From NCBI GenBank assembly GCA_036163815.1, contig JAYZKD010000048.1, positions 1 to 35,093 on the forward strand: a stretch of 35,093 bases of DNA, given 5' to 3'. The position numbers were made by a program, and so were the translations under genes. This DNA is from Pseudomonadota bacterium (lineage in GTDB: Bacteria; Pseudomonadota; Alphaproteobacteria; MED-G09). The notes under the pieces were generated by a model, which was not told the DNA's origin, searched no databases, and saw only the letters and a program-made list of their open reading frames with translations. Shown in pieces: positions 1-10,430 of the stretch. The first letter of the stretch is position 1, and each line of letters begins with the position of its first letter.

Positions 1-588
1 CACTCACGAATACCCGTGTATAAGGAAACTTTAGATGATCCTATAGGAATGCTTCATATGAAAGACTTAATTAGCGTATTCACTGATAATGACTTTAATA
101 AAATAAAGTTGGAAAATTTCTTAAGAGAAATCTTATTTGTTCCTCCCTCAATGAAGTCACGTGATTTGTTAGTTAGAATGCAAACCTCAAGAATACATAT
201 GGCCTTAGTGATTGATGAATATGGAGGAACAGATGGTTTGGTTACAATTGAAGATCTAATTGAAGAAATTATTGGGGAAATTGAAGACGAATTATTTGAG
301 GAGGATTTAGATAGGATAAAAATATTTGAAAATCATATAGATACTTTAGCAAGAACCTCTATTGAAGAAATAAATAAAATAATAGGTGAATCATTATTCA
401 CTGAAGACATCGATGAAGAGATTAATACCATTGGTGGCTTAGTTTTTGTTTTAGCTGGAAGAGTACCCCAAAGAGGGGAGTTAATAAAACATCCCTTAGG
501 CTTTGAGATAGAAATTACTGATGCGGACTCAAGAAAAATAAAGAAAGTAAGATTAAGAACAAAAGCCAAAAAAAGGCTTGATGATTGA
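1..588 (+). CDS. corC: CBS-domain/CorC-HlyC family protein (Mg/Co efflux CorC-like), 5'-truncated
   Basis: The frame is open from base 1 (HSRIPVY). It has the CBS-pair motif HMALVIDEYGGTDGLVTIEDLIEEIIGEIEDE and a C-terminal CorC_HlyC domain (TIGGLVF..AGRVP). It lies directly upstream of lnt, the usual position. Confidence 0.88.
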   Translation, partial: HSRIPVYKETLDDPIGMLHMKDLISVFTDNDFNKIKLENFLREILFVPPSMKSRDLLVRMQTSRIHMALVIDEYGGTDGLVTIEDLIEEIIGEIEDELFEEDLDRIKIFENHIDTLARTSIEEINKIIGESLFTEDIDEEINTIGGLVFVLAGRVPQRGELIKHPLGFEIEITDADSRKIKKVRLRTKAKKRLDD

Positions 589-611
589 TAAAATTATAAT
601 TCTTTCCCATT

Positions 612-2093
612 ATGTTTAAAGCATTTTTAATATCTTGTTTGTTAGGAGCACTTCTTGTTCTTTCGCAAGCTCCTTGGAATTATTTATTCCTTGTTTTTCT
701 TATATTCCCTATCCTATTTATTATAATTGACTCAAAAATAAATAATCAGGCAAAACTTAGTAGATTTTGTCGTTTAGTTATTTTGTTAGGCGGATTTCTT
801 TATTTTTATTATCTTTTTGGCTTCTCGTGGATCATATCTGCTTTTGAATATAAACAGGAGCTTGAAGCATTTAAATATGTAACATTGTTCGGCCTCCCTT
901 TGTTAATGTTACTATTTGTAATGCCTAGCTTTTTATTTCCTGTATTTTTTTGGGATAACAAAATAAGTAAATGTATTTCTTTGGCAGCTTGTTTAGCTTT
1001 TGGTGAATATCTCAGAAGCAACATTTTAACAGGTTTCTCATGGAATATTTTTTCACATTCCTTATTGTTTAATGAAAATTTGATGCAAATTTTTTCAATC
1101 ACTGGACAATATTTGGCAAGTTTTCTTTTAATATTATCAGCTCAATTTATTCTATTTTATGGAAGTAAAAAAAATCTTTTATACTCACTTTCATTATTGA
1201 GCATCATTCCCATGATATATATTTTTGGAATTTATAAAATTGATACAAATAAATTTGCTGTAAGTGAAAGAATTGCAATAATTCAACCCAATGTTTCTCA
1301 AAATGATAAGATTTATAAAAAAGATTTATCCGAAACAATTTCTAATCTTGTAGAGCTATCCCGACATGAGGATATAGATTTAACTATTTGGCCAGAAAGC
1401 GCACTGCCAATTTTATTGGAGCAAAATCAAGAAACAATAAATTTAATTGTAAAAAATATCTCTACCGATTCACAACTTTTAGTTGGCAATATTACATATA
1501 GAAAAAATTCATTCAGGAATTCTGCATTACTAATTAATAATAAATCAAATATTCAAAATACTTATCATAAAGTACATCTTGTCCCATTTGGTGAATTTAT
1601 ACCCTTTAAACACCTTTTGTCTAAGATTCCATTTATTAAAATTGTTACTGGTGATATTGGTTTTGAAAAAGGAAAAGATATTAAACTTATTGATACCTCA
1701 ATAGGGAAATCAAGGGTGGCTATTTGCTATGAAATAATTTTTTCAGAAGAAATTAATCCCTATAATGAAGACTTAGATTTAATCATTAATATTACTAATG
1801 ACGCATGGTTTGGCCAAAGTTCTGGACCATACCAACATTTAAATATTGCTAGGATTAGAGCAATTGAACAAGGAGTTCCAATTTTGAGATCGGCTAATAC
1901 AGGAATATCGGCACTAATTGATCCTTATGGAAAAATTATTAAAAAAATTGGTTTAAATATGAGGGGTTCAATTGTTTCTCTTCTTCCTAAAAAAATTAAC
2001 AAAACAATATACTCTAAAATTGGTGATTATTTGTTTTTTGGTGTATTGATACTATCCTTGTTAATTTTATTTATATCAAAAAGAAGAAATTAA
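612..2093 (+). CDS. lnt: Apolipoprotein N-acyltransferase
   Basis: Multi-TM N-terminus, then a nitrilase-fold triad: WPES (Glu), KVHLVPFGE (Lys), ICYE (Cys). Also QPN, TNDAWFG and RSANTGIS motifs. Confidence 0.95.
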   Translation: MFKAFLISCLLGALLVLSQAPWNYLFLVFLIFPILFIIIDSKINNQAKLSRFCRLVILLGGFLYFYYLFGFSWIISAFEYKQELEAFKYVTLFGLPLLMLLFVMPSFLFPVFFWDNKISKCISLAACLAFGEYLRSNILTGFSWNIFSHSLLFNENLMQIFSITGQYLASFLLILSAQFILFYGSKKNLLYSLSLLSIIPMIYIFGIYKIDTNKFAVSERIAIIQPNVSQNDKIYKKDLSETISNLVELSRHEDIDLTIWPESALPILLEQNQETINLIVKNISTDSQLLVGNITYRKNSFRNSALLINNKSNIQNTYHKVHLVPFGEFIPFKHLLSKIPFIKIVTGDIGFEKGKDIKLIDTSIGKSRVAICYEIIFSEEINPYNEDLDLIINITNDAWFGQSSGPYQHLNIARIRAIEQGVPILRSANTGISALIDPYGKIIKKIGLNMRGSIVSLLPKKINKTIYSKIGDYLFFGVLILSLLILFISKRRN

Positions 2094-2094
2094 T

Positions 2095-3270
2095 ATGAGC
2101 ACAAAAAAGAGAAATTATTTTTTTACCTCTGAATCAGTTTCTGAAGGCCACCCTGACAAAATTTGTGATAAAATTTCTGATACTGTATTAGATGCCTATT
2201 TAACAATAGATAAGAATTCACGGGTAGCAGTTGAAACTTTGGTAACAACAAATTTAGTTGTTGTATCAGGTGAAATTAAATCAGAAATTATTATTCCTGA
2301 GGAAGAAATCATTTCTTTAATAAGAAATGTTATAAGGGATATAGGTTATGATTTTGGAGATTTTAACTGGGAAAATTTAGAGATAAAGATATTTCTCCAT
2401 GAGCAATCGGCCGATATTGCAATTGGCGTAGATGCAAAAGAGGGTAATTCTGAAGGAGCCGGTGATCAAGGCATCATGTTTGGATATGCATGTACTGAAA
2501 CCCAGGAATTAATGCCTGCTACATTACATTATTCTCATTGTATTTTACGTGAATTAGCTAGAATGAGACACAATAATGAGATTCAAGGAATTCTTCCAGA
2601 TTCAAAGTCTCAGATAACGCTTTATTATGAGGAAGAGAAACCAATTTACATAGATTCAATCGTCGTTTCTTCTCAACACACCGAAGAAACATCCCAAGAA
2701 TACATTAAATCAAAAATAGATGAATTGTGTAAAAAAGTTATGCCTGATAATTGGTATAATGATGAAACAAAATTATTAGTTAATCCAACTGGTAAATTTG
2801 TTATTGGGGGGCCGGTTGGCGATACAGGTCTAACCGGTAGAAAAATTATTGTTGATACTTATGGCGGAGCTGCACCACATGGGGGAGGTGCATTTTCTGG
2901 CAAAGATCCAACAAAGGTTGATCGTTCAGCAGCTTATGCGGCGAGATATTTGGCTAAAAACATAGTTCATAGTGGTGTATCGGAAAAATGCATTATCCAA
3001 TTATCCTATGCGATTGGGGTAGCAGAACCTTTATCTGTTTATATTGATTTATTCGGTTCAAATAAGGTTGATTCCGATAAAATAGAATCTTTTATTAAAA
3101 ACAGATTTGATCTTTCGCCTCGTGGAATAATTGATATGTTGGGCCTAAATAATCCCATTTATTCAGAAACATCTACATATGGCCATTTTGGAAGAAAACC
3201 AGATAAAAATGGTAATTTTAGTTGGGAAAAACTTGATATAGCTAAAGAATTTCAAGATGAACTACTCTAA
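2095..3270 (+). CDS. metK: S-adenosylmethionine synthetase
   Basis: FTSESVSEGHPDK, GAGDQG and GGGAFSGKDPTKVDRSAAY motifs. Confidence 0.98.
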   Translation: MSTKKRNYFFTSESVSEGHPDKICDKISDTVLDAYLTIDKNSRVAVETLVTTNLVVVSGEIKSEIIIPEEEIISLIRNVIRDIGYDFGDFNWENLEIKIFLHEQSADIAIGVDAKEGNSEGAGDQGIMFGYACTETQELMPATLHYSHCILRELARMRHNNEIQGILPDSKSQITLYYEEEKPIYIDSIVVSSQHTEETSQEYIKSKIDELCKKVMPDNWYNDETKLLVNPTGKFVIGGPVGDTGLTGRKIIVDTYGGAAPHGGGAFSGKDPTKVDRSAAYAARYLAKNIVHSGVSEKCIIQLSYAIGVAEPLSVYIDLFGSNKVDSDKIESFIKNRFDLSPRGIIDMLGLNNPIYSETSTYGHFGRKPDKNGNFSWEKLDIAKEFQDELL

Positions 3271-3937
3271 GAGCATTGATTTTAAAAAATTTTTCACTTC
3301 AAGAAATAGACCATTAACCACTAAACAAAAGTTAATCTTTAAAAAAAACTATCACAAACTTTGTATCGAATCTTTTTGCAATATCAAAAAAATAAAGGAT
3401 TATGATAAAAAAATTTTAGAAATTGGTTTTGGAACTGGAGAAATTCTTTTTAAAAATGCTCTTTATAACCCTGATAAACTATATATTGGCATAGAATATT
3501 ATAAAAAAGGTATTGCCCAATTATTATTAAAAATAGAAAAATATAAAATAAAGAATTTACAATTATATTATGGAGATGCATTAGATTTTATAGAAAAAGC
3601 AAATGATTCATTATTTGATGATATATTATTAATGTTTCCAGATCCCTGGCCAAAGAAAAAACATTGGAAAAGACGTTTTCTTAATAATAAAAGCGTTAGA
3701 GAAATTTCAAGATGTCTAAAAGTTAAGGGTAGTATTTTTTTCTATACCGATGACCGTAATCTAGCTTTTTGGGGGTTAAGATATTTAATTAATAGTAAGA
3801 ATTTAATTTGGGATGTTGAAAAGCCTATAGATTGTAGAAGTAATAATTTTTTGTATTCTAATTCAAAATATGAAATCAAGGCTATAAAAGACAAGAAGAA
3901 TCCCTATTATTTTAAATTCATAAAATTTGAAAATTAA
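3257..3937 (+). CDS. trmB: tRNA (guanine-N7)-methyltransferase
   Basis: LEIGFGTGE SAM-binding motif and FPDPWPKKKHWKRR; metK-trmB-rimP synteny. Confidence 0.93.
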   Translation: MNYSKSIDFKKFFTSRNRPLTTKQKLIFKKNYHKLCIESFCNIKKIKDYDKKILEIGFGTGEILFKNALYNPDKLYIGIEYYKKGIAQLLLKIEKYKIKNLQLYYGDALDFIEKANDSLFDDILLMFPDPWPKKKHWKRRFLNNKSVREISRCLKVKGSIFFYTDDRNLAFWGLRYLINSKNLIWDVEKPIDCRSNNFLYSNSKYEIKAIKDKKNPYYFKFIKFEN

Positions 3938-4018
3938 ATCTTTAAATTCTCTCTTTTTAAATTCTTGATTTTTATCTATTTATTTGCAATATATAACCCA
4001 TATTTCGGGTTTATTACG

Positions 4019-4050
4019 AAGTGGGCGAATAAAAATCACCCGCTTTTTTT
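4019..4050 (+). ncRNA. rimP leader: terminator-like attenuator hairpin upstream of rimP-nusA-infB
   Basis: AAGTGGGCGA (4019-4028) pairs with TCACCCGCTT (4036-4045), with one G-U and one mismatch, followed by T7 (4044-4050), 18 nt before the rimP ATG. The position and GGG/CCC core match the known rimP leader. Confidence 0.75.
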
Positions 4051-4068
4051 ATTATTTGGAAGATAATT

Positions 4069-4599
4069 ATGGACTATGATTTTAAACATTTATTGGTACC
4101 TCAAGGACAAGATAATATTGTTGAGGAGATTGTAGATATTTTTTCTAACTCTGAATATAATCTTGTAAGGGTTTTGATTAAGGGAAACAAAAAGATTCAA
4201 ATCCAAATTCTAGCAGAAAATGATAATTTTAATATGTCACTCAACGATTGCGAAATTGTTTATGATATTGTTAAAGATCAATTAGATAAAAATCCAAATT
4301 TATATGATAATTATTCTCTAGAAATTTCATCGCCGGGTATTGAAAGACCGCTTACTAGAAAGAAAGATTTCAATATTTGGTCAAATAATTATGTTAAGGT
4401 TAAATTATTCAGACACGATAATCTACCCAGAAGATTTGAAGCAAAATTAATGGGTTTATCTGAAGAAGGCATCAATATATTTATTGAAGATGATTCTCAG
4501 GAAATTTCGGGAGAATATGATTTACAACCACTTGATGTGAAAGAAATTATTTTATCTTGGGTTTCTGATAAACCACCTATACCAAATGTGATTGGTTAA
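4069..4599 (+). CDS. rimP: Ribosome maturation factor RimP
   Basis: YSLEISSPGIERPLTR motif; first gene before nusA. Confidence 0.93.
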   Translation: MDYDFKHLLVPQGQDNIVEEIVDIFSNSEYNLVRVLIKGNKKIQIQILAENDNFNMSLNDCEIVYDIVKDQLDKNPNLYDNYSLEISSPGIERPLTRKKDFNIWSNNYVKVKLFRHDNLPRRFEAKLMGLSEEGINIFIEDDSQEISGEYDLQPLDVKEIILSWVSDKPPIPNVIG

Positions 4600-4621
4600 T
4601 TTATGTTGAAAGGAAATTTTT

Positions 4622-6256
4622 ATGTCACCGACAGGAATAAGTGCTAACAGATTAGAATTATTACAAATAGCTGAAGCGGTAGCAAAAGAGAAATCTATAG
4701 ATAAAGAAGTAGTAATTTCTGCTATGGCTGAGGCTATAGAAAAGGCCGCTGCTTCTAAATATGGCGCTGAAAATAAGATCAGAGTTGATATTGATGAGAC
4801 AACTGGAACTATTAAGCTTTTACGTTTATTGGATGTTGTTGATGAGGTAGAAGATAATTTTCGCCAAATTAATCTAAAAGACGCCAAAAAAATCACTAAG
4901 GAGGCTTCAGTTGGAGGTCTTCCTGTTGAGGAGGAATTACCCCCAATTGATTTTGGTCGGGTAGCTGCTCAGAGTGCAAAGCAAGTTATTGTTCAAAAAG
5001 TGAGAGATGCCGAACGTGAAAGGCATTATGAAGAATTTAAGGATAGAGTCGGTGAAATAATAAGTGGTGTAGTAAAAAGAGTAGAATATAATTCTGTAAT
5101 TGTTGATTTAGGAAGGGCTGAAGCAATAATTAAAAGAGATCAACTGTTACCAAGAGAAGCTTATAGGCCGGGTGATAGAGTAAGGGCTTACATTTATGAG
5201 GTTAGAAGAGAATTAAGGGGTCCTCAAATCTTTTTATCAAGAACTCATTCTGATTTTATGGCAAATCTTTTTGCTCAAGAGGTTCCGGAGATCTATGACG
5301 GGATTATTGAAATTATTGGTGTCGCAAGGGACCCAGGAAGTCGAGCAAAAATTGCTGTATTTTCTAAAGAAACTAGTATTGACCCTGTGGGAGCATGTGT
5401 TGGTATGCGTGGTAGCCGAGTACAAGCTGTAGTCAATGAATTACAAGGTGAAAAAATAGATATTTTATCATGGACAGACAATATAGCGGACTTCGTTGTC
5501 AAAGCCCTTCAACCAGCTGAGGTTCAAAAAGTAGTACTATATGATGAAGATGAAAGGTTAGAGGTTGTAGTTCCAGAAGAGCAATTATCTTTAGCTATAG
5601 GCAGAAGAGGCCAAAATGTAAGATTAGCATCTGAGTTATCAGGATGGGAGATTGATATACTCACTGAAGATCAAGAATCTGAAAGAAGGCAAAACGAATT
5701 CCAGGAAAGAACGAACTTATTTATAGATGCATTAGATGTTGATGAGCTACTAGCACAATTACTAGTTACCGAGGGGTTTTCTGAAATTGAAGAAGTAGCA
5801 ATGGTTGAAGTTGAAGAAATAACCAATATTTCTGGATTTGATGAAGAAACTGCTCAAGAAATTCAAGCTCGAGCAAATGAATATTTAGAGAAAGAAAACT
5901 TATTACTTGAAGAAAAAAGAAAAGAGCTAAATGTTCAAGATGACCTATTAGAGATTGAAGAATTAAATATGAAAATGATAATTAAATTAGGTGAAAATGA
6001 TGTAAAAAGTCTCGAAGACTTTGCTTATTGTTCCACTGATGATCTTATTGGTTGGGATGAATATGTTGATGGGGAAAAAATACATGAGTCTGGTATTTTG
6101 GAATCATTTGATTTAAGTGAAGATTATGCAAATGAATTAATAATAAAAGCTAGGAAAATAATTGGAATTATAGAAGAAGATATTTCAGAAGAAAATAATC
6201 TTGATGAAGATGATGAATTGGAATCTTCTGATAATCAAGATCCTTTTTCTATATAG
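4622..6256 (+). CDS. nusA: Transcription termination/antitermination factor NusA
   Basis: FGRVAAQSAKQVI, ARDPGSRAKIAV, DPVGACVGMRGSRV and SLAIGRRGQNVRLA motifs; C-terminal acidic repeats. Confidence 0.98.
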   Translation: MSPTGISANRLELLQIAEAVAKEKSIDKEVVISAMAEAIEKAAASKYGAENKIRVDIDETTGTIKLLRLLDVVDEVEDNFRQINLKDAKKITKEASVGGLPVEEELPPIDFGRVAAQSAKQVIVQKVRDAERERHYEEFKDRVGEIISGVVKRVEYNSVIVDLGRAEAIIKRDQLLPREAYRPGDRVRAYIYEVRRELRGPQIFLSRTHSDFMANLFAQEVPEIYDGIIEIIGVARDPGSRAKIAVFSKETSIDPVGACVGMRGSRVQAVVNELQGEKIDILSWTDNIADFVVKALQPAEVQKVVLYDEDERLEVVVPEEQLSLAIGRRGQNVRLASELSGWEIDILTEDQESERRQNEFQERTNLFIDALDVDELLAQLLVTEGFSEIEEVAMVEVEEITNISGFDEETAQEIQARANEYLEKENLLLEEKRKELNVQDDLLEIEELNMKMIIKLGENDVKSLEDFAYCSTDDLIGWDEYVDGEKIHESGILESFDLSEDYANELIIKARKIIGIIEEDISEENNLDEDDELESSDNQDPFSI

Positions 6257-6294
6257 AAATGGTTAATTTTTAATTTATGTTTATTGGTTAAAAA

Positions 6295-8742
6295 ATGTCT
6301 GAAGATAGTAAAAAAGAAAAGAAAGAAAAAAAAGAAAAGACTCTTTCTTTAAAATCCAGCTCTTTATCTTCTAAACCTTCTATAGGATCAAGGAATAGAG
6401 GTTCTAGAGTTTCTACTGTAGTGGTAGAATCTAAAAGAGGAAAAATATCTAAAACCAGAAAACCTAGTGCGCCAAAAATCAAAACTAGATCAAGTTCAAT
6501 AACCTCAAGGAAAGTTCGAGAACCAATCGACACAGAACTTACAAGTAAATTAACCGATAAAGAGAGAATAGCTAGAGAAAAAGCTCTTCAAGAAGCAGAC
6601 GATAGGAAGAAAAACAAAGAAGAAAAAATAAAAAAGACTTCAAAAACTAAGAGTAAAAGAATTGAAAAACATCAAGAAGAAGGAGAAATAATTACCGACA
6701 TACCTACTGATAACGAATTTGAGAAGGGTATTAAGAAAAAATCTTATTCAACAAAACAAACAGAAGATAAATCATCATCAACTAAAAAGAAAGAATCAAA
6801 AAAGGATGAACAAGGTAAAACAGATAAAAAATCTAGAAAAGAACCTCAAAAAAGAAGAAAAGGGAAACTAACCATTTCCGAAGCTTTGAATGAGGAAGAA
6901 AGACAAAGATCTTTGGCATCAATTAGAAGAAGACAAGAAAAGGCTAAAAAGAAAACTCTTTCACCTGATACACCTAAAGAAAAGATAGCAAGGAATGTAA
7001 TTGTACCTGAGTCGATTACTGTTCAAGAATTATCTAATAGAATGACTGAAAGAGGAGTGGATGTAATTAAATCACTAATGCAACAAGGTGTTATGGTTAA
7101 AATTAATGATTATCTTGATGCTGACACAGCTGAACTAATAGCAGAAGAGTTTGGCCATACTGTAACAAGAGTTTCTGAATCAGATGTTGAAGAAGGTTTA
7201 TCAGTCGATGAAGATACCGAGGAAAGTAAGAAAACAAGACCTCCGGTGGTTACAATAATGGGCCATGTTGACCATGGAAAAACTTCATTGTTAGATGCTA
7301 TAAGGGAAACAAGTATTGTTTCATCAGAGGCTGGTGGTATTACTCAACACATAGGCGCATACCAAATAAATTCAAATGATAATAATAAGATTACATTTAT
7401 AGACACCCCAGGCCATGCAGCATTTACCTCAATGAGAGCTAGAGGAGCGAAAGTTACAGATATTGTTGTTTTAGTCGTTGCTGCTGATGATAGTGTTATG
7501 CCGCAAACAATTGAAGCCATCAATCACTCTAAAGAAGCTGATGTACCAATTATAATAGCTATCAATAAAATTGATAAGCCTGAAGCAAATCCTACTAAAA
7601 CAAAGAATGATTTATTAGAACATGAATTGATTGTGGAAGACTTAGGGGGAGATATTCAATGTATAGAACTTTCTGCACAAACAAAAGATGGAATAGAAAA
7701 TTTAATTGAAGCTATAAATCTTCAGGCTGAAATTTTAGATTTGAGAGCAAATCCCGATAGGCAAGCAGAAGGTTTTGTTATTGAATCTAAATTAGATAAA
7801 GGTCGTGGCCCGGTAGTAACGACAATCATCCAAAAAGGAACATTAAAAAAAGGGGATATAATAATAGTGGGACAATTTTGGGGGAAAGTTAGATCATTGC
7901 TGAATGATAGAGGAGAACAAATCGATAGATGTTATCCTGGCGATCCAATTGAGGTATTGGGCTTAAATAATACACCAAACGCAGGAGATTTTTTATCTGT
8001 AGTAGAAAATGAAGCTCGAGCTAGAGAAATTTCTGATTATCGAGAAAGAAAAATCAAGAAATCTTCTCCGAATGTTCCTCAGTCAAACATTGAGCAAATG
8101 TTATCAAAAATTAAAGATGATGTTAAACAAGAATTACCTGTAATAATTAAGGCTGATGTACATGGATCCACTGAAGCAATAAAAGATGGTGTGGTTAATC
8201 TTGGGAATGAAGAAATTTCTTGTAGAGTTGTACATTCAGGTGTTGGGGCTATTTCGGAAAGTGATATTTCATTAGCAGAAACATCTAATTCTATAGTTTT
8301 TGGTTTCAATGTAAGAGCCAATAATCAGGCAAAAGATTTAGCGGAAAAATCAGATATTAATATTATTTATCACTCTATTATTTACGATTTGTTGGATGAT
8401 ATTAAAGTTATTTTAGAAGGAAAACTTGATCCTGAAATTAAAGAAACAATTATTGGTAATGCCAAAGTTCTAGAGGTATTTAAAATATCTAAAACTGGGA
8501 ATATAGCTGGATGTCTTGTCTCTGATGGAACGGTTAAAAAAGGTGAGCATGCAAGATTAATTCGAGATGGTGTAGTGATTTATGATGGAAAAATTTCTGA
8601 ACTCAAAAGATTTAAAGATGATGCAAAAGAGGTTCAATCTGGACAGGAGTGCGGATTAGCATTTGATAATAATGAAGATATTAAGGTTGATGATGTTATT
8701 GAGTGTTATGAAGTTAAAGAAATAAAGAAGAAAATTAGCTAA
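6295..8742 (+). CDS. infB: Translation initiation factor IF-2
   Basis: [20 protein letters not shown] and [11 protein letters not shown] motifs; Lys-rich N-terminal region. Confidence 0.98.
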   Translation: MSEDSKKEKKEKKEKTLSLKSSSLSSKPSIGSRNRGSRVSTVVVESKRGKISKTRKPSAPKIKTRSSSITSRKVREPIDTELTSKLTDKERIAREKALQEADDRKKNKEEKIKKTSKTKSKRIEKHQEEGEIITDIPTDNEFEKGIKKKSYSTKQTEDKSSSTKKKESKKDEQGKTDKKSRKEPQKRRKGKLTISEALNEEERQRSLASIRRRQEKAKKKTLSPDTPKEKIARNVIVPESITVQELSNRMTERGVDVIKSLMQQGVMVKINDYLDADTAELIAEEFGHTVTRVSESDVEEGLSVDEDTEESKKTRPPVVTIMGHVDHGKTSLLDAIRETSIVSSEAGGITQHIGAYQINSNDNNKITFIDTPGHAAFTSMRARGAKVTDIVVLVVAADDSVMPQTIEAINHSKEADVPIIIAINKIDKPEANPTKTKNDLLEHELIVEDLGGDIQCIELSAQTKDGIENLIEAINLQAEILDLRANPDRQAEGFVIESKLDKGRGPVVTTIIQKGTLKKGDIIIVGQFWGKVRSLLNDRGEQIDRCYPGDPIEVLGLNNTPNAGDFLSVVENEARAREISDYRERKIKKSSPNVPQSNIEQMLSKIKDDVKQELPVIIKADVHGSTEAIKDGVVNLGNEEISCRVVHSGVGAISESDISLAETSNSIVFGFNVRANNQAKDLAEKSDINIIYHSIIYDLLDDIKVILEGKLDPEIKETIIGNAKVLEVFKISKTGNIAGCLVSDGTVKKGEHARLIRDGVVIYDGKISELKRFKDDAKEVQSGQECGLAFDNNEDIKVDDVIECYEVKEIKKKIS

Positions 8743-8753
8743 ATTATATCAAA

Positions 8754-9152
8754 ATGAATGAAAATGGTTTTATCCGAAGTAATGAGGCTTCACAAAGACA
8801 AATGAGAGTTCAAGAAATTCTCAGGGCAGCTCTCAATGAAATTTTGTTCAGAGGAGAGAGTAAAAATTATATTTTGGATGAAAATATAATAACAATAACT
8901 CATGTAGATGTTTCACCTGACCTTAGAAAAGCAAAATTTTTATTTATACCTTCTGATGCAAAACAAATAGATAAGTTTACCGATGCATTTAACTCGGCAA
9001 AGAAAGTTATAAGGAAAAAAATTGCCGAAAAAGTTCAACTTAAATATGTTCCAGAAATTTCCTTCCATTTTGATGAATCGATTGATGAGATTGAGAAATT
9101 AGATAAAATTTTTTCTTCTGAAAAGGTTAAAAATGACACAAGGATTAAATGA
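8754..9152 (+). CDS. rbfA: Ribosome-binding factor A
   Basis: RQMRVQE, ITITHVDVSPDLRKA and LKYVPEISFHFD motifs; lies between infB and truB. Confidence 0.93.
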   Translation: MNENGFIRSNEASQRQMRVQEILRAALNEILFRGESKNYILDENIITITHVDVSPDLRKAKFLFIPSDAKQIDKFTDAFNSAKKVIRKKIAEKVQLKYVPEISFHFDESIDEIEKLDKIFSSEKVKNDTRIK

Positions 9153-10101
9153 AGATAATCTTTTGGGGAAAAGCCATTTTTCTGGAGGATGGATGTCTAT
9201 ATATAAACCGAAGGAAATTAGTTCGTTTTCAGCTTTAAAAAAAATCAAAAAAAAATTTTTGATAAAAAAAATTGGCCATGCAGGTACACTAGACCCACTT
9301 GCTTCAGGTGTTTTGCCAATCGCATTTGGGGCAGCTACAAAAACTATTCCTTATTTAATAGCTTCTAAGAAGAAATATAAATTTTCTATACAATGGGGAA
9401 TAAAAACTTCTACACATGATTTGGAGGGTGAAGTTATTGATAGGTCTGATTTAAGGCCTTCCAAAGAAAACTTATTAAAAGTCATAAAGGGCTTTGAAGG
9501 TGAAATTTATCAGAGGCCGCCAAGGTTTTCAGCAGTTAAAGTTAATGGAAAAAGAGCCTATCAATTAGCTAGGAATGGAGAGCATTTTTCTCTGGATATG
9601 AAAAAAGTCAAAATTTACGACATAATTCTTTCTAATTACAATAAAAACAATGACTCAGAATTTATAATTACTTGTAGTAAGGGATTTTATATTAGATCTT
9701 TAGTAAGGGATATATGTAAAAAATTAGGTGTTTTAGGCACAGTTAATATGCTGGAAAGACAAGAAGTTGGCCCTTTTTCATTAGAAAACACTTTTTCACT
9801 AGAAAATATTGAAAATTTAGTCCATATTGCGCCAGCTGGAATGGTTGGAGGAAATCTTCTTATTCCTTTAAGTGAAGTGCTGGACGACATCCCGGCGTTA
9901 CCTATAAGTGATTTAGAAGCTAAAAGATTCCAACAAGGTCAAATTATTTTGAATAATAATTTAATTAAGTTTTCTGGTTTGGGAAGTGAGGTTCTTTTAT
10001 TAAATAATAAGAAACCTATTGGACTTGCCACTGTTAGTGAAAATTCTTTCAAACCTAAGAAAGTATTTTCTGAGGAAATTTTTAATCTAAGGAGTATTTG
10101 A
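9133..10101 (+). CDS. truB: tRNA pseudouridine-55 synthase
   Basis: [31 protein letters not shown] and [13 protein letters not shown] motifs. The start codon is uncertain. Confidence 0.96.
   Translation: MTQGLNEDNLLGKSHFSGGWMSIYKPKEISSFSALKKIKKKFLIKKIGHAGTLDPLASGVLPIAFGAATKTIPYLIASKKKYKFSIQWGIKTSTHDLEGEVIDRSDLRPSKENLLKVIKGFEGEIYQRPPRFSAVKVNGKRAYQLARNGEHFSLDMKKVKIYDIILSNYNKNNDSEFIITCSKGFYIRSLVRDICKKLGVLGTVNMLERQEVGPFSLENTFSLENIENLVHIAPAGMVGGNLLIPLSEVLDDIPALPISDLEAKRFQQGQIILNNNLIKFSGLGSEVLLLNNKKPIGLATVSENSFKPKKVFSEEIFNLRSI
9800..9828 (+). promoter_or_regulatory. Candidate internal sigma70 promoter within truB driving rpsO-pnp
   Basis: TAGAAA (9800-9805), 17-bp spacer, CATATT (9823-9828), then GC-rich GCGCC. 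It sits immediately before the structured element. Confidence 0.4.
9835..9899 (+). ncRNA. Candidate structured cis-regulatory RNA (S15-leader-like) overlapping the truB CDS
   Basis: Hairpin AGTGCTGG (9876-9883)/CCGGCGTT (9892-9899); an upstream GGAAT..ATTCC hairpin (9838-9866); seven consecutive G/C-ending codons in an AT-rich gene. Confidence 0.55.
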
Positions 10102-10370
10102 TGTCGATTAATTCAGATAGAAAAAGTGAAATAATAAAAGAATTTGCTATCAAGGAAGGTGACACAGGTTCACCTGAAGTGCAAGTAGCAGTTTTAACTG
10201 AAAGAATTAAGAATCTAACTGAGCACTTTAAAGATCACAATAAAGATAATCACTCAAGACAAGGATTGTTAAAATTGGTCAATCAAAGAAGAAATATTTT
10301 AGACTACATTAAATCTAAAGATGAAGCTCGTTATGAGGATTTAAGAAAAAGATTAGGTCTTAGAAGATAG
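10101..10370 (+). CDS. rpsO: 30S ribosomal protein S15
   Basis: [22 protein letters not shown] and LGLRR motifs. The ATG at 10101 overlaps the truB TGA; SD AAGGAG at 10089-10094. Confidence 0.98.
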   Translation: MSINSDRKSEIIKEFAIKEGDTGSPEVQVAVLTERIKNLTEHFKDHNKDNHSRQGLLKLVNQRRNILDYIKSKDEARYEDLRKRLGLRR

Positions 10371-10430
10371 TTTTATTCAGTAATATTATTAAGTTGGAAG
10401 ATCTGACAAAAGATCAATATAGGAAAATAA

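Noticed and set aside
10400-10415. Small GATCT..AGATC hairpin between rpsO and pnp
   Set aside because: Only 5 bp with no U-tract; too weak to call a terminator or an RNase III autoregulatory stem.
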